Shown here piece by piece: positions 14,768 to 23,202 of a stretch of 34,480 nt of DNA. Within the stretch, counting starts at the first letter, position 1. Every line of letters starts with the position of its first letter. The stretch is from Lentisphaera sp. Lineage in GTDB: Bacteria > Verrucomicrobiota > Lentisphaeria > Victivallales > GWF2-50-93. Under the pieces are notes generated by a model, which was not told the DNA's origin, did no database searches, and was given only the letters and a program-made list of their open reading frames with translations. The stretch is from positions 1 through 34,480 of the forward strand of contig DYMC01000001.1 of assembly GCA_020721745.1 (NCBI GenBank). The letters are read 5' to 3'. Position numbers and translations under genes: made by a program.

Positions 14768-15553
14768 ATGCAAGACTTTTCACGCACTTGGCTTGAGGCC
14801 GTCAACGACATCTTGACCAACGGTGACCTCGTGGCACCGCGCGGCAAGATGACCCGTGAGATTCCGCAGCGCACCATCGTGGTGAACATGCGGAAACCCG
14901 TGCTCCGCGTGCCCGACCGCAGCCTGAGCTACAAGTTCATGGCGGCCGAGGCCTTCTGGATCCTGACTGGTGACGACCGGGTCGAGACGATCGCCCCGTA
15001 CAACAGCCGCATCAAGGACTTCAGCGACGACGGCGAGCGCTTTTTCGGCGCCTACGGCCCCAAGATCGTGGCCCAGCTGCCCTACATCATCGAGAAGCTG
15101 CGGGCCGATGAAAACAGCCGCCAAGCTGGCCTGACGATCTGGCGCGAGTGCCCGCCCCAGACGAAGGACGTGCCCTGCACGGTGGCCATCTTCTTCAACC
15201 TCCGTGGCGGCAAGCTCAATGCCCACGTGTTCATGCGGTCGAGCGACGTCTGGCTGGGCGTTCCCTACGACGTCTTCAACTTCAGCATGCTGAGCCACCT
15301 CGTCTGCGGCCTGCTGAATGGGCACCGACTGGCCGCTGATGCCGTGTCGCCTGGCAGGCTGTTCCTGACGGCGGCCAGTAGCCACCTGTACGAGACCAAC
15401 TGGGAGGACGCGAAGCTGTGTCTGGCCAGCCAGGTGCTCGATCAGGTTGAGACGCCCAAGCTGCTGTGGAACGACCCGGCCTACCTGATGTCGGAGCTCA
15501 AGATGATCCGTGACAGTCGGCCGGGTGACGCCTGCCGTTGGTGGGAGCTGTAA
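14768..15553 (+). CDS. ThyA-fold pyrimidine C5 hydroxymethylase/methylase, predicted dCMP-specific (T4 gp42-like)
   Basis: aaggag RBS. Catalytic Cys in VPCT (codon at 15176-15178). FMRSSDVWLGVPYDVFN aligns with E. coli ThyA YQRSCDVFLGLPFNIAS. Asp (15269-15271) replaces the dUMP-specifying Asn. SSHLY matches DTHLY. Confidence 0.8.
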   Translation: MQDFSRTWLEAVNDILTNGDLVAPRGKMTREIPQRTIVVNMRKPVLRVPDRSLSYKFMAAEAFWILTGDDRVETIAPYNSRIKDFSDDGERFFGAYGPKIVAQLPYIIEKLRADENSRQAGLTIWRECPPQTKDVPCTVAIFFNLRGGKLNAHVFMRSSDVWLGVPYDVFNFSMLSHLVCGLLNGHRLAADAVSPGRLFLTAASSHLYETNWEDAKLCLASQVLDQVETPKLLWNDPAYLMSELKMIRDSRPGDACRWWEL

Positions 15554-15554
15554 C

Positions 15555-16022
15555 ATGAGACCCAGCCGCGACGAATGGGCCCTGAAACTGGCCCTGCTGA
15601 CTGCCCAACGAACGACCTGCCGCCGCCGAGCAGTTGGCTGCGTGCTGCTGAACGCTCGTGGCCACGTGCTGGCCACCGGGTACAACGGCGTCGCGGCTGG
15701 CCTGCCTCACTGCAACCACCATGACCCGTACTCCGAGACGGGGTTCCCCCACGCCTGCTCAGGAGCCAACTCACCGAGCGGGACGAACCTCGACGGCTGC
15801 CAGGCGATCCACGCTGAGCAGAACGCTATGCTCCAGTGCAAGGACGTCTACAGCATCCACACGTGCTACGTGACGACCAGCCCGTGCATGACCTGCGTCA
15901 AGCTGCTGCTCAACACCAGCTGCGAGAGGATCGTCTTTGTGGAGGAGTACCCGCACTCGGCGGCTCGGGAGCTCTGGGCAGGCACCGGACGGGCCTGGGA
16001 GCAACTTCTTGTGGAGATTTGA
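15555..16022 (+). CDS. dCMP deaminase (zinc-dependent cytidine/deoxycytidylate deaminase fold)
   Basis: HAEQNA and SPCMTCVKLL zinc-binding motifs. ATG lies 1 nt after the stop of the upstream gene. Confidence 0.9.
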   Translation: MRPSRDEWALKLALLTAQRTTCRRRAVGCVLLNARGHVLATGYNGVAAGLPHCNHHDPYSETGFPHACSGANSPSGTNLDGCQAIHAEQNAMLQCKDVYSIHTCYVTTSPCMTCVKLLLNTSCERIVFVEEYPHSAARELWAGTGRAWEQLLVEI

Positions 16023-16060
16023 TCCAACTTGACCTTCAGGAATGACCCGAGGGATCACGA

Positions 16061-16104
16061 AATGGCTTAGCCCATAACTTCCTATGGTCTAAGCCATTCT
16101 TTTC
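16061..16104. terminator. Hairpin terminator at the convergence point of the two arms
   Basis: aatggcttag (16061-16070) pairs with ctaagccatt (16089-16098). The inner ccata/tatgg pairing extends the stem. cttttc follows on the + strand, and the upstream gaaa gives a short T tract on the - strand. Confidence 0.75.
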
Positions 16105-16133
16105 AACCCTGTATGGTTCCTGCCAGCCCCTGC

Positions 16134-16553
16134 TTACTTCGTAGCGCCGCGGACCTTCTCCCATGACCGTCCTGCGACGTAGCCAGTCATCACGACACCA
16201 AAGAGGGTTAGCACGGGCTCTGGGATGGCCAGCATCCAGGCCTTGAACCCGTCCGTGAAGGCGGCCGCAGCCTCTGGCCGGAAGATGGTCAAAATACCCA
16301 TCGGGATGCTCCACAAGAGTATCACGTAGACCACATACAGGAACGACGGTCTGGCTCGGCTGGTCCAAGGGTCTGCGGACTTGGCTTCGGCAATGATGGC
16401 GCTGAGCTGCGTCTTCATCTCGTCCAGGTCACCTGACTGCTGCATCTTGAGCAACTCCAGTTGGGCCTTCGCCTTCTGTTCAGGGTCTGGGAATATCTTG
16501 TCAATGAGCTTGGTTCCAATGCTGAAGATTCCGCTGAGTGTGACCGGGTCCAT
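16134..16553 (-). CDS. Holin, 3-TM GTA-type family (DUF3154-like)
   Basis: Start MDPVTLSGIF... The N-terminal LIDKIFPDPEQKAKAQLELLKMQQ and W.S.ARP motifs plus C-terminal hydrophobic helices fit the GTA-type 3-TM holin family. TAATG overlap with the endolysin gene. Confidence 0.7.
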   Translation of the reverse strand: MDPVTLSGIFSIGTKLIDKIFPDPEQKAKAQLELLKMQQSGDLDEMKTQLSAIIAEAKSADPWTSRARPSFLYVVYVILLWSIPMGILTIFRPEAAAAFTDGFKAWMLAIPEPVLTLFGVVMTGYVAGRSWEKVRGATK

Positions 16554-16936
16554 TATGGGTACTCCTTCCAAGGTAATTGCCAATGTGGTCCGTCTTTGAA
16601 CGTCGCCCAATCGCCTCCCCACTCGACTGGTATCTGTAACTCAGCGGCGGCCTGCTTGACGGCAACAGCAAGCTTGTGGTAAAGAGGCCAGTCCCAGCGA
16701 ACTGAGCCGGCCACGTAAGCACCGAGATCGACGGCATGACCAGTCAGGTGGCGCGATCGCATGGTCTGACTGGCGCCCGCCTTGACGAGTTGCTCTTGGC
16801 GAGTCTTGGAGCGAACTCCTTCGAGCACGACAAAGTCAATCTCAGTGATCTCAATGGCGCGTTCAACAACCTTGACGAGGTCCGGGTGAACCCCAGCAAG
16901 GCGGTCTCGCGACTTTTTGCTGAGGGTGTAGATCAT
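16553..16936 (-). CDS. Endolysin, peptidase M15 family (L-alanyl-D-glutamate / VanY-like zinc peptidase)
   Basis: SRHLTGHAVDL (H..D zinc ligands) and DGPHW motifs. 127 aa. Confidence 0.85.
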   Translation of the reverse strand: MIYTLSKKSRDRLAGVHPDLVKVVERAIEITEIDFVVLEGVRSKTRQEQLVKAGASQTMRSRHLTGHAVDLGAYVAGSVRWDWPLYHKLAVAVKQAAAELQIPVEWGGDWATFKDGPHWQLPWKEYP

Positions 16937-17187
16937 CTTTTGTCCGCCTTCTTGTCAATCTTGTCTTCAATTTTGTCGAGCTTGGCAAACAGTGTGGTCA
17001 TATGGGACATAAATTCATCCTTCTTGACGTAGTCGCCAGCCACCAAGATCTCAATCTCAGAGACCTTCTTCGTGAGCTCCTTGTCAGTAACCTGCAGGTC
17101 CTTGACAGATTGCCAAACTGCACTGAGCAAGAACCCGATGAGAGTTCCGAGGCCACCTAGCAGCCAATTTATAAGTGTTTGGTCCAT
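16933..17187 (-). CDS. Membrane protein with one N-terminal TM helix and a coiled-coil C-terminus (holin/antiholin or i-spanin-like)
   Basis: Start MDQTLINWLLGGLGTLIGFLLSAVW with a ggggag RBS. The C-terminus is charged and helical. ATGA overlap with the endolysin gene. Confidence 0.6.
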   Translation of the reverse strand: MDQTLINWLLGGLGTLIGFLLSAVWQSVKDLQVTDKELTKKVSEIEILVAGDYVKKDEFMSHMTTLFAKLDKIEDKIDKKADKR

Positions 17188-17305
17188 TCCCAGTCTCCCC
17201 TTCTTTATCACGCGTTAGTTCTTGAGTTACTCCGCACCAGTTGCATTCCTCGCCGTCTTCAACGTCAAGCAAGCACTTTTCGGAATTACAGTAGTGAGTC
17301 CACAT
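17084..17305 (-). CDS. Small Cys-rich hypothetical protein (possible zinc ribbon) overlapping the next gene
   Basis: Strong RBS aaggag 6 nt before the ATG at 17305. The N-terminus has C-x4-C-x9-C-x2-C (YCNSEKC...ECNWC). The last ~100 nt overlap the gene at 16933-17187 in another frame. Confidence 0.4.
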   Translation of the reverse strand: MWTHYCNSEKCLLDVEDGEECNWCGVTQELTRDKEGETGNGPNTYKLAARWPRNSHRVLAQCSLAICQGPAGY

Positions 17306-17328
17306 TATTAGCTCCTTGTTATCGATTC

Positions 17329-19350
17329 TTACCAGGTAATTGCATCTTTATTGTAGCGCAGCCACGCGCGGCAGATTCTGTCCTTGTTACCAGCATCTGT
17401 AGTGAATCGCGCTATGCTACCATCTATGTAAGCCAAAGTCATGGGCAACGATTCGCCGCTGTTACCTTTGTAAAACGCGGCAGCAGCCATCACGTAGCCG
17501 CCCCCATTCGCTGTGCCATGTGAAATATCAAAATTGCCCGATGCATCAACAACCCCACCATATTCGCATTCGACATACACGTCTCCGTGCCGTGTTAGTG
17601 GTGAGTTTACGACCTTATTCATGCAGTTGAAGAACTTGTTACTATCCAGAACGTCATTGGCAAACCAGCCGACCAGGTTCTGCAAATAGATGGCATTGCC
17701 ACAGGATACGAAATTATTTTCACTGATCGTAACTTCCGTGGATGTTGCGCCAACCACAACAGCCCCCTGATCGGCAGCTTGCAAGCCAAGAGTCAGAGTG
17801 TTTCCTGTTACCCGCACTCCTGTTGAGTTCCGAATAAGTAAGCGGCGTCCAAAGGCCGTGTTGTTGGCAATAAGACCGTAGCTGCTAGCAAAGTCAGCCC
17901 AGCTTCCGCCAGCTTCAGCATAAGTACCGGCGTTCACGGCGTTGCCGATGACCTGAACATTCTCAATGGCACCAACTACGATGTCTGTGCCAGCGTTATC
18001 GTGGAGAGTGTTGCTGCCGATAATCACATATTTGCATCCACCAATTGAGATGCCAATCCCATCGCCAACCGACCCGTCATGATCTGTACTGCCACAGTTA
18101 TAGATTGTGTTACCAACGATCGTGACATAGCCCGTCCAGCCATCATCGCTGCCATCATATCGTATCCCAGAGCGTTTACACTTAGCCACAGTGTTGCTAA
18201 CTATCTTAACGTTCCGGGGCCCTTTTCTTCCTTTATATGCAAACCATCCCATGTTGATGCCGTCGCCGCAAGCAACAATTTCATTACTGGAGATTAGTAA
18301 CGTGTGATCCTGATTAGCGTCTGTACCTTCCGGCCCTGCACCTACCCCAAGATCGCATTTATAAATGTAGTTGCCAACGATGCAGCCGCGCGCATCGTTA
18401 TTAAATGCGATGCCACCATCACCGCTATTTTTTGCCGTGTTGCCAGTTACAATAAAGTAGCCGTTGTTGAAGTTGTAAATGTCACCACCGCATTGTTCGG
18501 TATAGTTCCCACTGACGTAAGCCTCACCGTAATTTAACTGTATCGAGTGCATGCGTTGCCCAAGGTTTGTAGGGATGTTCAAGAATCGGTTGTTTGTGAT
18601 ACTCAACCCAGACATCGTCCCAGATGTGGTCGCAGAAGATATGCAGGCAGCTTCACCCATTGGAGAACCTTCTGTTACGAGTCCTGAAGCATCAAATGTT
18701 ATGCCGTGGATGGTGCTGTTTGCCGAACCGTCTGGGATGTAAATTTGATAATATGACCCAGATTTGGCTTTCAAAGTCCCACCATCTCCAACAAGACCTA
18801 CGCCAGATGGTAATGTGACAGTCCCGGCCGTGATAGTTTTACCTGACAAAGATAACCACTTGTGTCCAGAATTCAGCGCCGCTTGCAGATATGCAGTCTC
18901 ATCAGAACCATCGCCCTTAACACCAAAATCACACACACTGACAACATCAGCATTTTTCTCATGCTGCGTTCTGGCAACGCCACCAGGCAATAGTGACTTG
19001 ACTCCAACCAGGGCGTCGCCAAGAGTTTGGTTACTAGTATTTGATAAATCAGAGAACAGGGGAGGAACTGATGGCGCATAGAACACTACACGCTTGTTTT
19101 TGTCGGCGACGATAATGGAAAAATCCATTACAGCTGTAAACACTCTAGCCGGAGTTCCGTTGCGCACAATGTAGCCATTTGACGTACGAAGAGGTTGTGC
19201 TGCAGGCAGTGTACCAGCCTCATCCCAGAAGACGGCGATGGGGTTGGTCTCAGGGTTCTGGCCGGCAGCGCCAATGTAGATATTGCCGTCGTCAAGAGGA
19301 CCTCCCTCAAGACCAAAAAACTGCTGAAATGGCGACTGAACTTGAAACAT
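17329..19350 (-). CDS. Tailspike / tail fibre with a pectate-lyase-type right-handed beta-helix (probable polysaccharide depolymerase)
   Basis: 673 aa. VSVCDFGVKGDGSDETAYLQAAL is the Pectate_lyase_3 signature. Repetitive Gly/Asn/Ile-rich beta-helix coils follow. The N-terminus (~80 aa) resembles conserved tailspike head-binding domains. Confidence 0.85.
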   Translation of the reverse strand: MFQVQSPFQQFFGLEGGPLDDGNIYIGAAGQNPETNPIAVFWDEAGTLPAAQPLRTSNGYIVRNGTPARVFTAVMDFSIIVADKNKRVVFYAPSVPPLFSDLSNTSNQTLGDALVGVKSLLPGGVARTQHEKNADVVSVCDFGVKGDGSDETAYLQAALNSGHKWLSLSGKTITAGTVTLPSGVGLVGDGGTLKAKSGSYYQIYIPDGSANSTIHGITFDASGLVTEGSPMGEAACISSATTSGTMSGLSITNNRFLNIPTNLGQRMHSIQLNYGEAYVSGNYTEQCGGDIYNFNNGYFIVTGNTAKNSGDGGIAFNNDARGCIVGNYIYKCDLGVGAGPEGTDANQDHTLLISSNEIVACGDGINMGWFAYKGRKGPRNVKIVSNTVAKCKRSGIRYDGSDDGWTGYVTIVGNTIYNCGSTDHDGSVGDGIGISIGGCKYVIIGSNTLHDNAGTDIVVGAIENVQVIGNAVNAGTYAEAGGSWADFASSYGLIANNTAFGRRLLIRNSTGVRVTGNTLTLGLQAADQGAVVVGATSTEVTISENNFVSCGNAIYLQNLVGWFANDVLDSNKFFNCMNKVVNSPLTRHGDVYVECEYGGVVDASGNFDISHGTANGGGYVMAAAAFYKGNSGESLPMTLAYIDGSIARFTTDAGNKDRICRAWLRYNKDAITW

Positions 19351-19361
19351 ATGGACTCCTT

Positions 19362-21260
19362 TTATTCACCGAGAGCCCGCTTGACGCGGGCGCGAGTTTT
19401 CGCATCTTTGATGCTTTTTGTTGCCAATCGAAAGCTTGTCATGATTGGTGCAGGCACACCCGCCGTGCCACTGATGGCGATGTCCATCATGCCTGCAAGC
19501 ACGCTGGCCGTGTTGCTTGTATTGACCGCGCCAGCCGGAGTAGTAAGCACGTCCTTGGCCACGTCGTTGATGGTGCGTAGCTGTTCAGCGCCTTTCTTGC
19601 CGAACACAAAGTCGAGCTTGCCAGATTTGTCGAGCTGGGTGATAACGCGGTCGAGCTGCGCTGGCGACAAGACGGCATTGCCAAGCTCATCACGGCCCAC
19701 GCCCTTGGTGGCCTCGTCACGTATGAACTTGAGCGTACCGCCTTGCAGTTCCTTCCAAGCTTGCCGGCCATTCTGCCCCTCGGTCTGAAGCAGCCGGCGA
19801 ACTTGGCGGACCGTATCAAGCGACGTCGATGGGTCGATGACTGCGCGGCGAAGCACGTCTTCCATGGCTATGGCTCTATCATTAGAGCCGCGCTTCTGGC
19901 CAAGCAGGTTCTTCACCAGACCGATGTTCTCGTAGTCGTTGGCAAACCGAGCACGTGCTGCACGAGCCTGCTTGTACAAGTTGCCGCCCAGACCTTCGGT
20001 CGATGCGTCGATGAGGCTGCGCATCTGAGAAGCTTGCATGATGTTGGTCGGCTCAGCGTTGGTGGCACCGCTAATCGAGCGACGGAACAACTCAGCCGTC
20101 TTCAACGAGACAGGTCGGGCAATCAATGTGCCATCAGGCGCCTCAATGGCTACACCAAGCTGCAGAGCTTTAGCTCGAGCTGCCTTGAGCACATTGGCCA
20201 CCTCAGCTTCAGGCGCGTTGTCAACCAGATGCTGAACCACGGCGTCGAGTTTGACAGGGGCTTCCATCTCGCCGGCCTTCTCAGCCTCTTTGTACAAGGT
20301 GCGGATGCGCGTCTTGTCACGGGCTGCCCGGTCACGCAGCGCCTTGTCCACGGCCAGGCCTATGGAGCGCAGGTCAGGAGCCTCAGCTCCAGTCATGTCA
20401 ATGAAGGCCTCGAGGTTCTGCTGAAGCTGCTTATTCTGGATGGCAAAGCGCTCGCGGATGGGCGCCCCAACCTCAGGTAGCTTGGCGGTCTCGCGCTCAA
20501 AGCGCTGCTGCTCGAACTGACGAGTCTTCTGGCCTTCAGTCAGCTTGATGGGCACTGGCAACTCATTGGCCTTAGCTTGGCGCAGAGTAGCCATGTCCAC
20601 ACCAGCTGAACCGCCAGATGCCTGGGTGCCAGGGGTTGGGCTCTTGGAAGTTGCGCCAGGCATCATCTCACGAATCGGCTCAGTAACTTTGGCCGCGACC
20701 TGACCGGCTCGCTTGGTGGCAGCCACAACAGGAGCTGCGACACGACCGGCAGTTGCCGCCACCGCTGGCTGCGCCATCTTGGCACTAGTAGAGACGGCTC
20801 CGATAGGTCCAACAACTGGGATGACAGGAGGGACGTTCTGGAGCACTTCGCCGACGGCTTGTACTTGCTCCTGACCTGACTGCGTGCGGGGCGTGTAGGT
20901 CAGTGCCTGAGCTCCTTGCATGGCTGACTTCTCAACTAGGCTGGCCGCTTCTCGGCTGCCGAACTGGCCAGACAATATCTGCTCGGCCAGACCTTTCAAC
21001 GCGCCGGCGATCATGCCAATTGTTCCGCCAGTGGCACCAGTGCCAATTGTCAGGGCAGCTTCACCAGCGCCGACAATCTTCTCACCAAGGGATGGCTCAA
21101 CGTACTCTTGGGTCGTGCCAGGCACAATCATGTCTGGTATCTGGTTTTTGGGATCTTGGCGAGCCTTGACAAGCACGGCAGCCAAGCGTCGAGCGGCATC
21201 AAGGTCACCCGCCTTGTCGGCGTTGACCAAGGCCAGCTCAAGTTCTTGGAGTGTTGCCAT
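19362..21260 (-). CDS. Internal virion / DNA-ejection protein (large, P22 gp16/gp20-position analog)
   Basis: 632 aa, Ala/Gly/Gln-rich. Assigned by its position between the other ejection-type genes and the tailspike in a P22-like gene order. Confidence 0.6.
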   Translation of the reverse strand: MATLQELELALVNADKAGDLDAARRLAAVLVKARQDPKNQIPDMIVPGTTQEYVEPSLGEKIVGAGEAALTIGTGATGGTIGMIAGALKGLAEQILSGQFGSREAASLVEKSAMQGAQALTYTPRTQSGQEQVQAVGEVLQNVPPVIPVVGPIGAVSTSAKMAQPAVAATAGRVAAPVVAATKRAGQVAAKVTEPIREMMPGATSKSPTPGTQASGGSAGVDMATLRQAKANELPVPIKLTEGQKTRQFEQQRFERETAKLPEVGAPIRERFAIQNKQLQQNLEAFIDMTGAEAPDLRSIGLAVDKALRDRAARDKTRIRTLYKEAEKAGEMEAPVKLDAVVQHLVDNAPEAEVANVLKAARAKALQLGVAIEAPDGTLIARPVSLKTAELFRRSISGATNAEPTNIMQASQMRSLIDASTEGLGGNLYKQARAARARFANDYENIGLVKNLLGQKRGSNDRAIAMEDVLRRAVIDPSTSLDTVRQVRRLLQTEGQNGRQAWKELQGGTLKFIRDEATKGVGRDELGNAVLSPAQLDRVITQLDKSGKLDFVFGKKGAEQLRTINDVAKDVLTTPAGAVNTSNTASVLAGMMDIAISGTAGVPAPIMTSFRLATKSIKDAKTRARVKRALGE

Positions 21261-22555
21261 TAGTGGGCTCCTTGGGTATACTTCTTGACAAGCGCATCGA
21301 TGTCGGCACCAGAAGTGCTCACGGCAGGCGTGTCAGGGATGGTCTCAGGCATGCCTGACCGCGCGGTCAAGTTTTTGCGTGCCTTTATAATCAAACGCTG
21401 GGCCTCTCTGACGTTCTCGAGCAAACGCTCAGGAGACTGCTTCAAGCTGAAGTTCTGCAGAGCAGCTTGGAGCTTCTCGCCTTCAGCGTTAGACAGTGCG
21501 CCCATGCCCTTGATGATGGGTATCTGGGCCATGAACGACTGTGAGCCAAGCGTCTCAACCAGAGCCTCGAAGTCAGCCGTGTCCTGTCTGAGTGTGGGCA
21601 TGCGCGACGACACTGGGCCGGCAGCTGAATCAACCACGCCAATCGGCGTCTTCAGGATGCGGTCAGCCGTGTTGAGCATATTGTCCATGCTCGCGCGGGC
21701 GGCCTCAAGGTCAGCTGCCTTGGCGCGTACAGCCTCATCCCGTTTCTGGATCATGTCTTGCAACTTAAGTTGGTATTCCTCGCGCTTAATCTGGTTGCTC
21801 TCGCGAGCGATCTGGGCGTTGAGAGCGGCGATTGAAGCATTCTGTTTGGCGATCTTGATGTCCTCTTGTATCTTGGTGATGTCCCAACCTTTTTTCTGCA
21901 GGTCAAGCACGGCGTTGGCCTCGGCGAACTTGGCGCTGATCGCCGCTTTCTGGGCCTTGGCTTGTGACTCAGTCAGCTTCGACGGGTGGAGCTCAGCATC
22001 ACGCTGCTCACCTTGGAGCTTGGTGAACGTCTCGACGAACTTGTCAGGACCCATGGCCGAAGCAAGGAAGAGACCGACCGAGGTCTTCGCCGTCTCAGGG
22101 CTGATCTTGATCAGCATGCCCAGGTCCTCAAGCGTCTTGGCTTCACGCTCTTGGCCTGAGTTGCGGTAGGCCGCAGCTTGGTCAGTCAGCAGCTGCTGGG
22201 CGATCTCAGGCTTGTTGGATTGGAGTGCGGCGTAAACCTGCGTGGCTTGGCCCAGACGTGAATCCTTCTGCTCGGTGCTCAGCACGTCATAGGTGCGCTT
22301 GAAGCTCTCGCTCAGGCTGGGGTACTTGACCATCATGCTGGCCAGAGCCGACGGTGTCGGGTTCTTGGACAGAGCGCCAAGGTCAATCTCCATCTGGGCC
22401 TGTGTCTCACGAGCTTTCTGCAGGTCGAGGGCTTTCTGCTCGGCCAGGTTTCGCTGCGACATCATGTAGCCGATGTTGAGTGCATTTTGAATGCCGTCCA
22501 TGACCGACTGAGTCGGGTCAGGGACGTTGAGCATGTAGTTGAATGGTTGTGCCAT
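21260..22555 (-). CDS. Internal virion / DNA-ejection protein (coiled-coil rich)
   Basis: Start MAQPFNYML 2 nt after the upstream stop. 431 aa with long coiled coils. TAATG overlap with the next gene. Confidence 0.6.
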   Translation of the reverse strand: MAQPFNYMLNVPDPTQSVMDGIQNALNIGYMMSQRNLAEQKALDLQKARETQAQMEIDLGALSKNPTPSALASMMVKYPSLSESFKRTYDVLSTEQKDSRLGQATQVYAALQSNKPEIAQQLLTDQAAAYRNSGQEREAKTLEDLGMLIKISPETAKTSVGLFLASAMGPDKFVETFTKLQGEQRDAELHPSKLTESQAKAQKAAISAKFAEANAVLDLQKKGWDITKIQEDIKIAKQNASIAALNAQIARESNQIKREEYQLKLQDMIQKRDEAVRAKAADLEAARASMDNMLNTADRILKTPIGVVDSAAGPVSSRMPTLRQDTADFEALVETLGSQSFMAQIPIIKGMGALSNAEGEKLQAALQNFSLKQSPERLLENVREAQRLIIKARKNLTARSGMPETIPDTPAVSTSGADIDALVKKYTQGAH

Positions 22556-22557
22556 GG

Positions 22558-23202
22558 TTAGAATACCTTCATTGCTTTGAGCGTGGCGACATTGCCTATG
22601 GTCCCGCCGATATTCCCCCACATTTGGGCTTGCGCTTGTCCTTGGGCCAATGCCGCACCTGCCGCGGCCTGACCTTGTTGAGTCAACGCGTTGCCGATGT
22701 TGGCGCCAGTCTGCTGAGCTGCAGCTGCTTGACCAGCGGCCGACGCCTGACCGAGACCTGAGATGGTGCCGAGTTTACTGAACTGGGACTCGATCAATTG
22801 ATTCAACAATTGTGGTCGGAATTGAGCAAGGGTGGCTTGGACATTGCCGCCACGCAGCCCACCAGTCGCTGAGGCATTCTGCAAGATGGCGTTCTCACCT
22901 TGTTGCATCATCGAAGCAAACTGGGGCGATGATTCGATACCGGCAATTGCCTGGCGCTGAGCTTCTGGCCCAGCAAGACCGAGCAGTTCTTGCTGACCAC
23001 CAATTGCTTGTACACCAGCGCTCACGTATGGAGCCAGAAGTTTCTGGATCGCGTCAAACTGGCGCCGCTGCTCCTCGATCGATGACCGACTCGAGGTAAT
23101 CTGCGCGTCGGCGGCATGTTCAGCTGCGTCAGACTGGGCTTTGCTAGCCATGACGCCAGTAATGACTGAACCGGCCACGACGGCCGTTGCGATTCCGCTC
23201 AT
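22558..23202 (-). CDS. Internal virion / ejection protein with an N-terminal TM helix and a Gly/Ala/Gln-rich C-terminus
   Basis: MSGIATAVVAGSVITGVMA hydrophobic N-terminus. aaggag RBS. ATGA overlap with the SET-domain gene. Confidence 0.6.
   Translation of the reverse strand: MSGIATAVVAGSVITGVMASKAQSDAAEHAADAQITSSRSSIEEQRRQFDAIQKLLAPYVSAGVQAIGGQQELLGLAGPEAQRQAIAGIESSPQFASMMQQGENAILQNASATGGLRGGNVQATLAQFRPQLLNQLIESQFSKLGTISGLGQASAAGQAAAAQQTGANIGNALTQQGQAAAGAALAQGQAQAQMWGNIGGTIGNVATLKAMKVF

Noticed and set aside
14768-15553. Annotation as an ordinary thymidylate synthase (ThyA)
   Set aside because: The dUMP-specifying Asn is replaced by Asp, PCH is replaced by PCT and QRS by MRS. The genomic context (dCTPase-like, kinase and deaminase genes) fits a dCMP-modifying enzyme better.
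17084-17305. The overlapping 73 aa ORF as an o-spanin
   Set aside because: It has no signal peptide and no acceptable lipobox (LAQC and LAIC have the wrong -1 residue). It also lies upstream of the TM-coiled-coil gene rather than embedded in or downstream of it. It is kept only as a low-confidence Cys-rich CDS.
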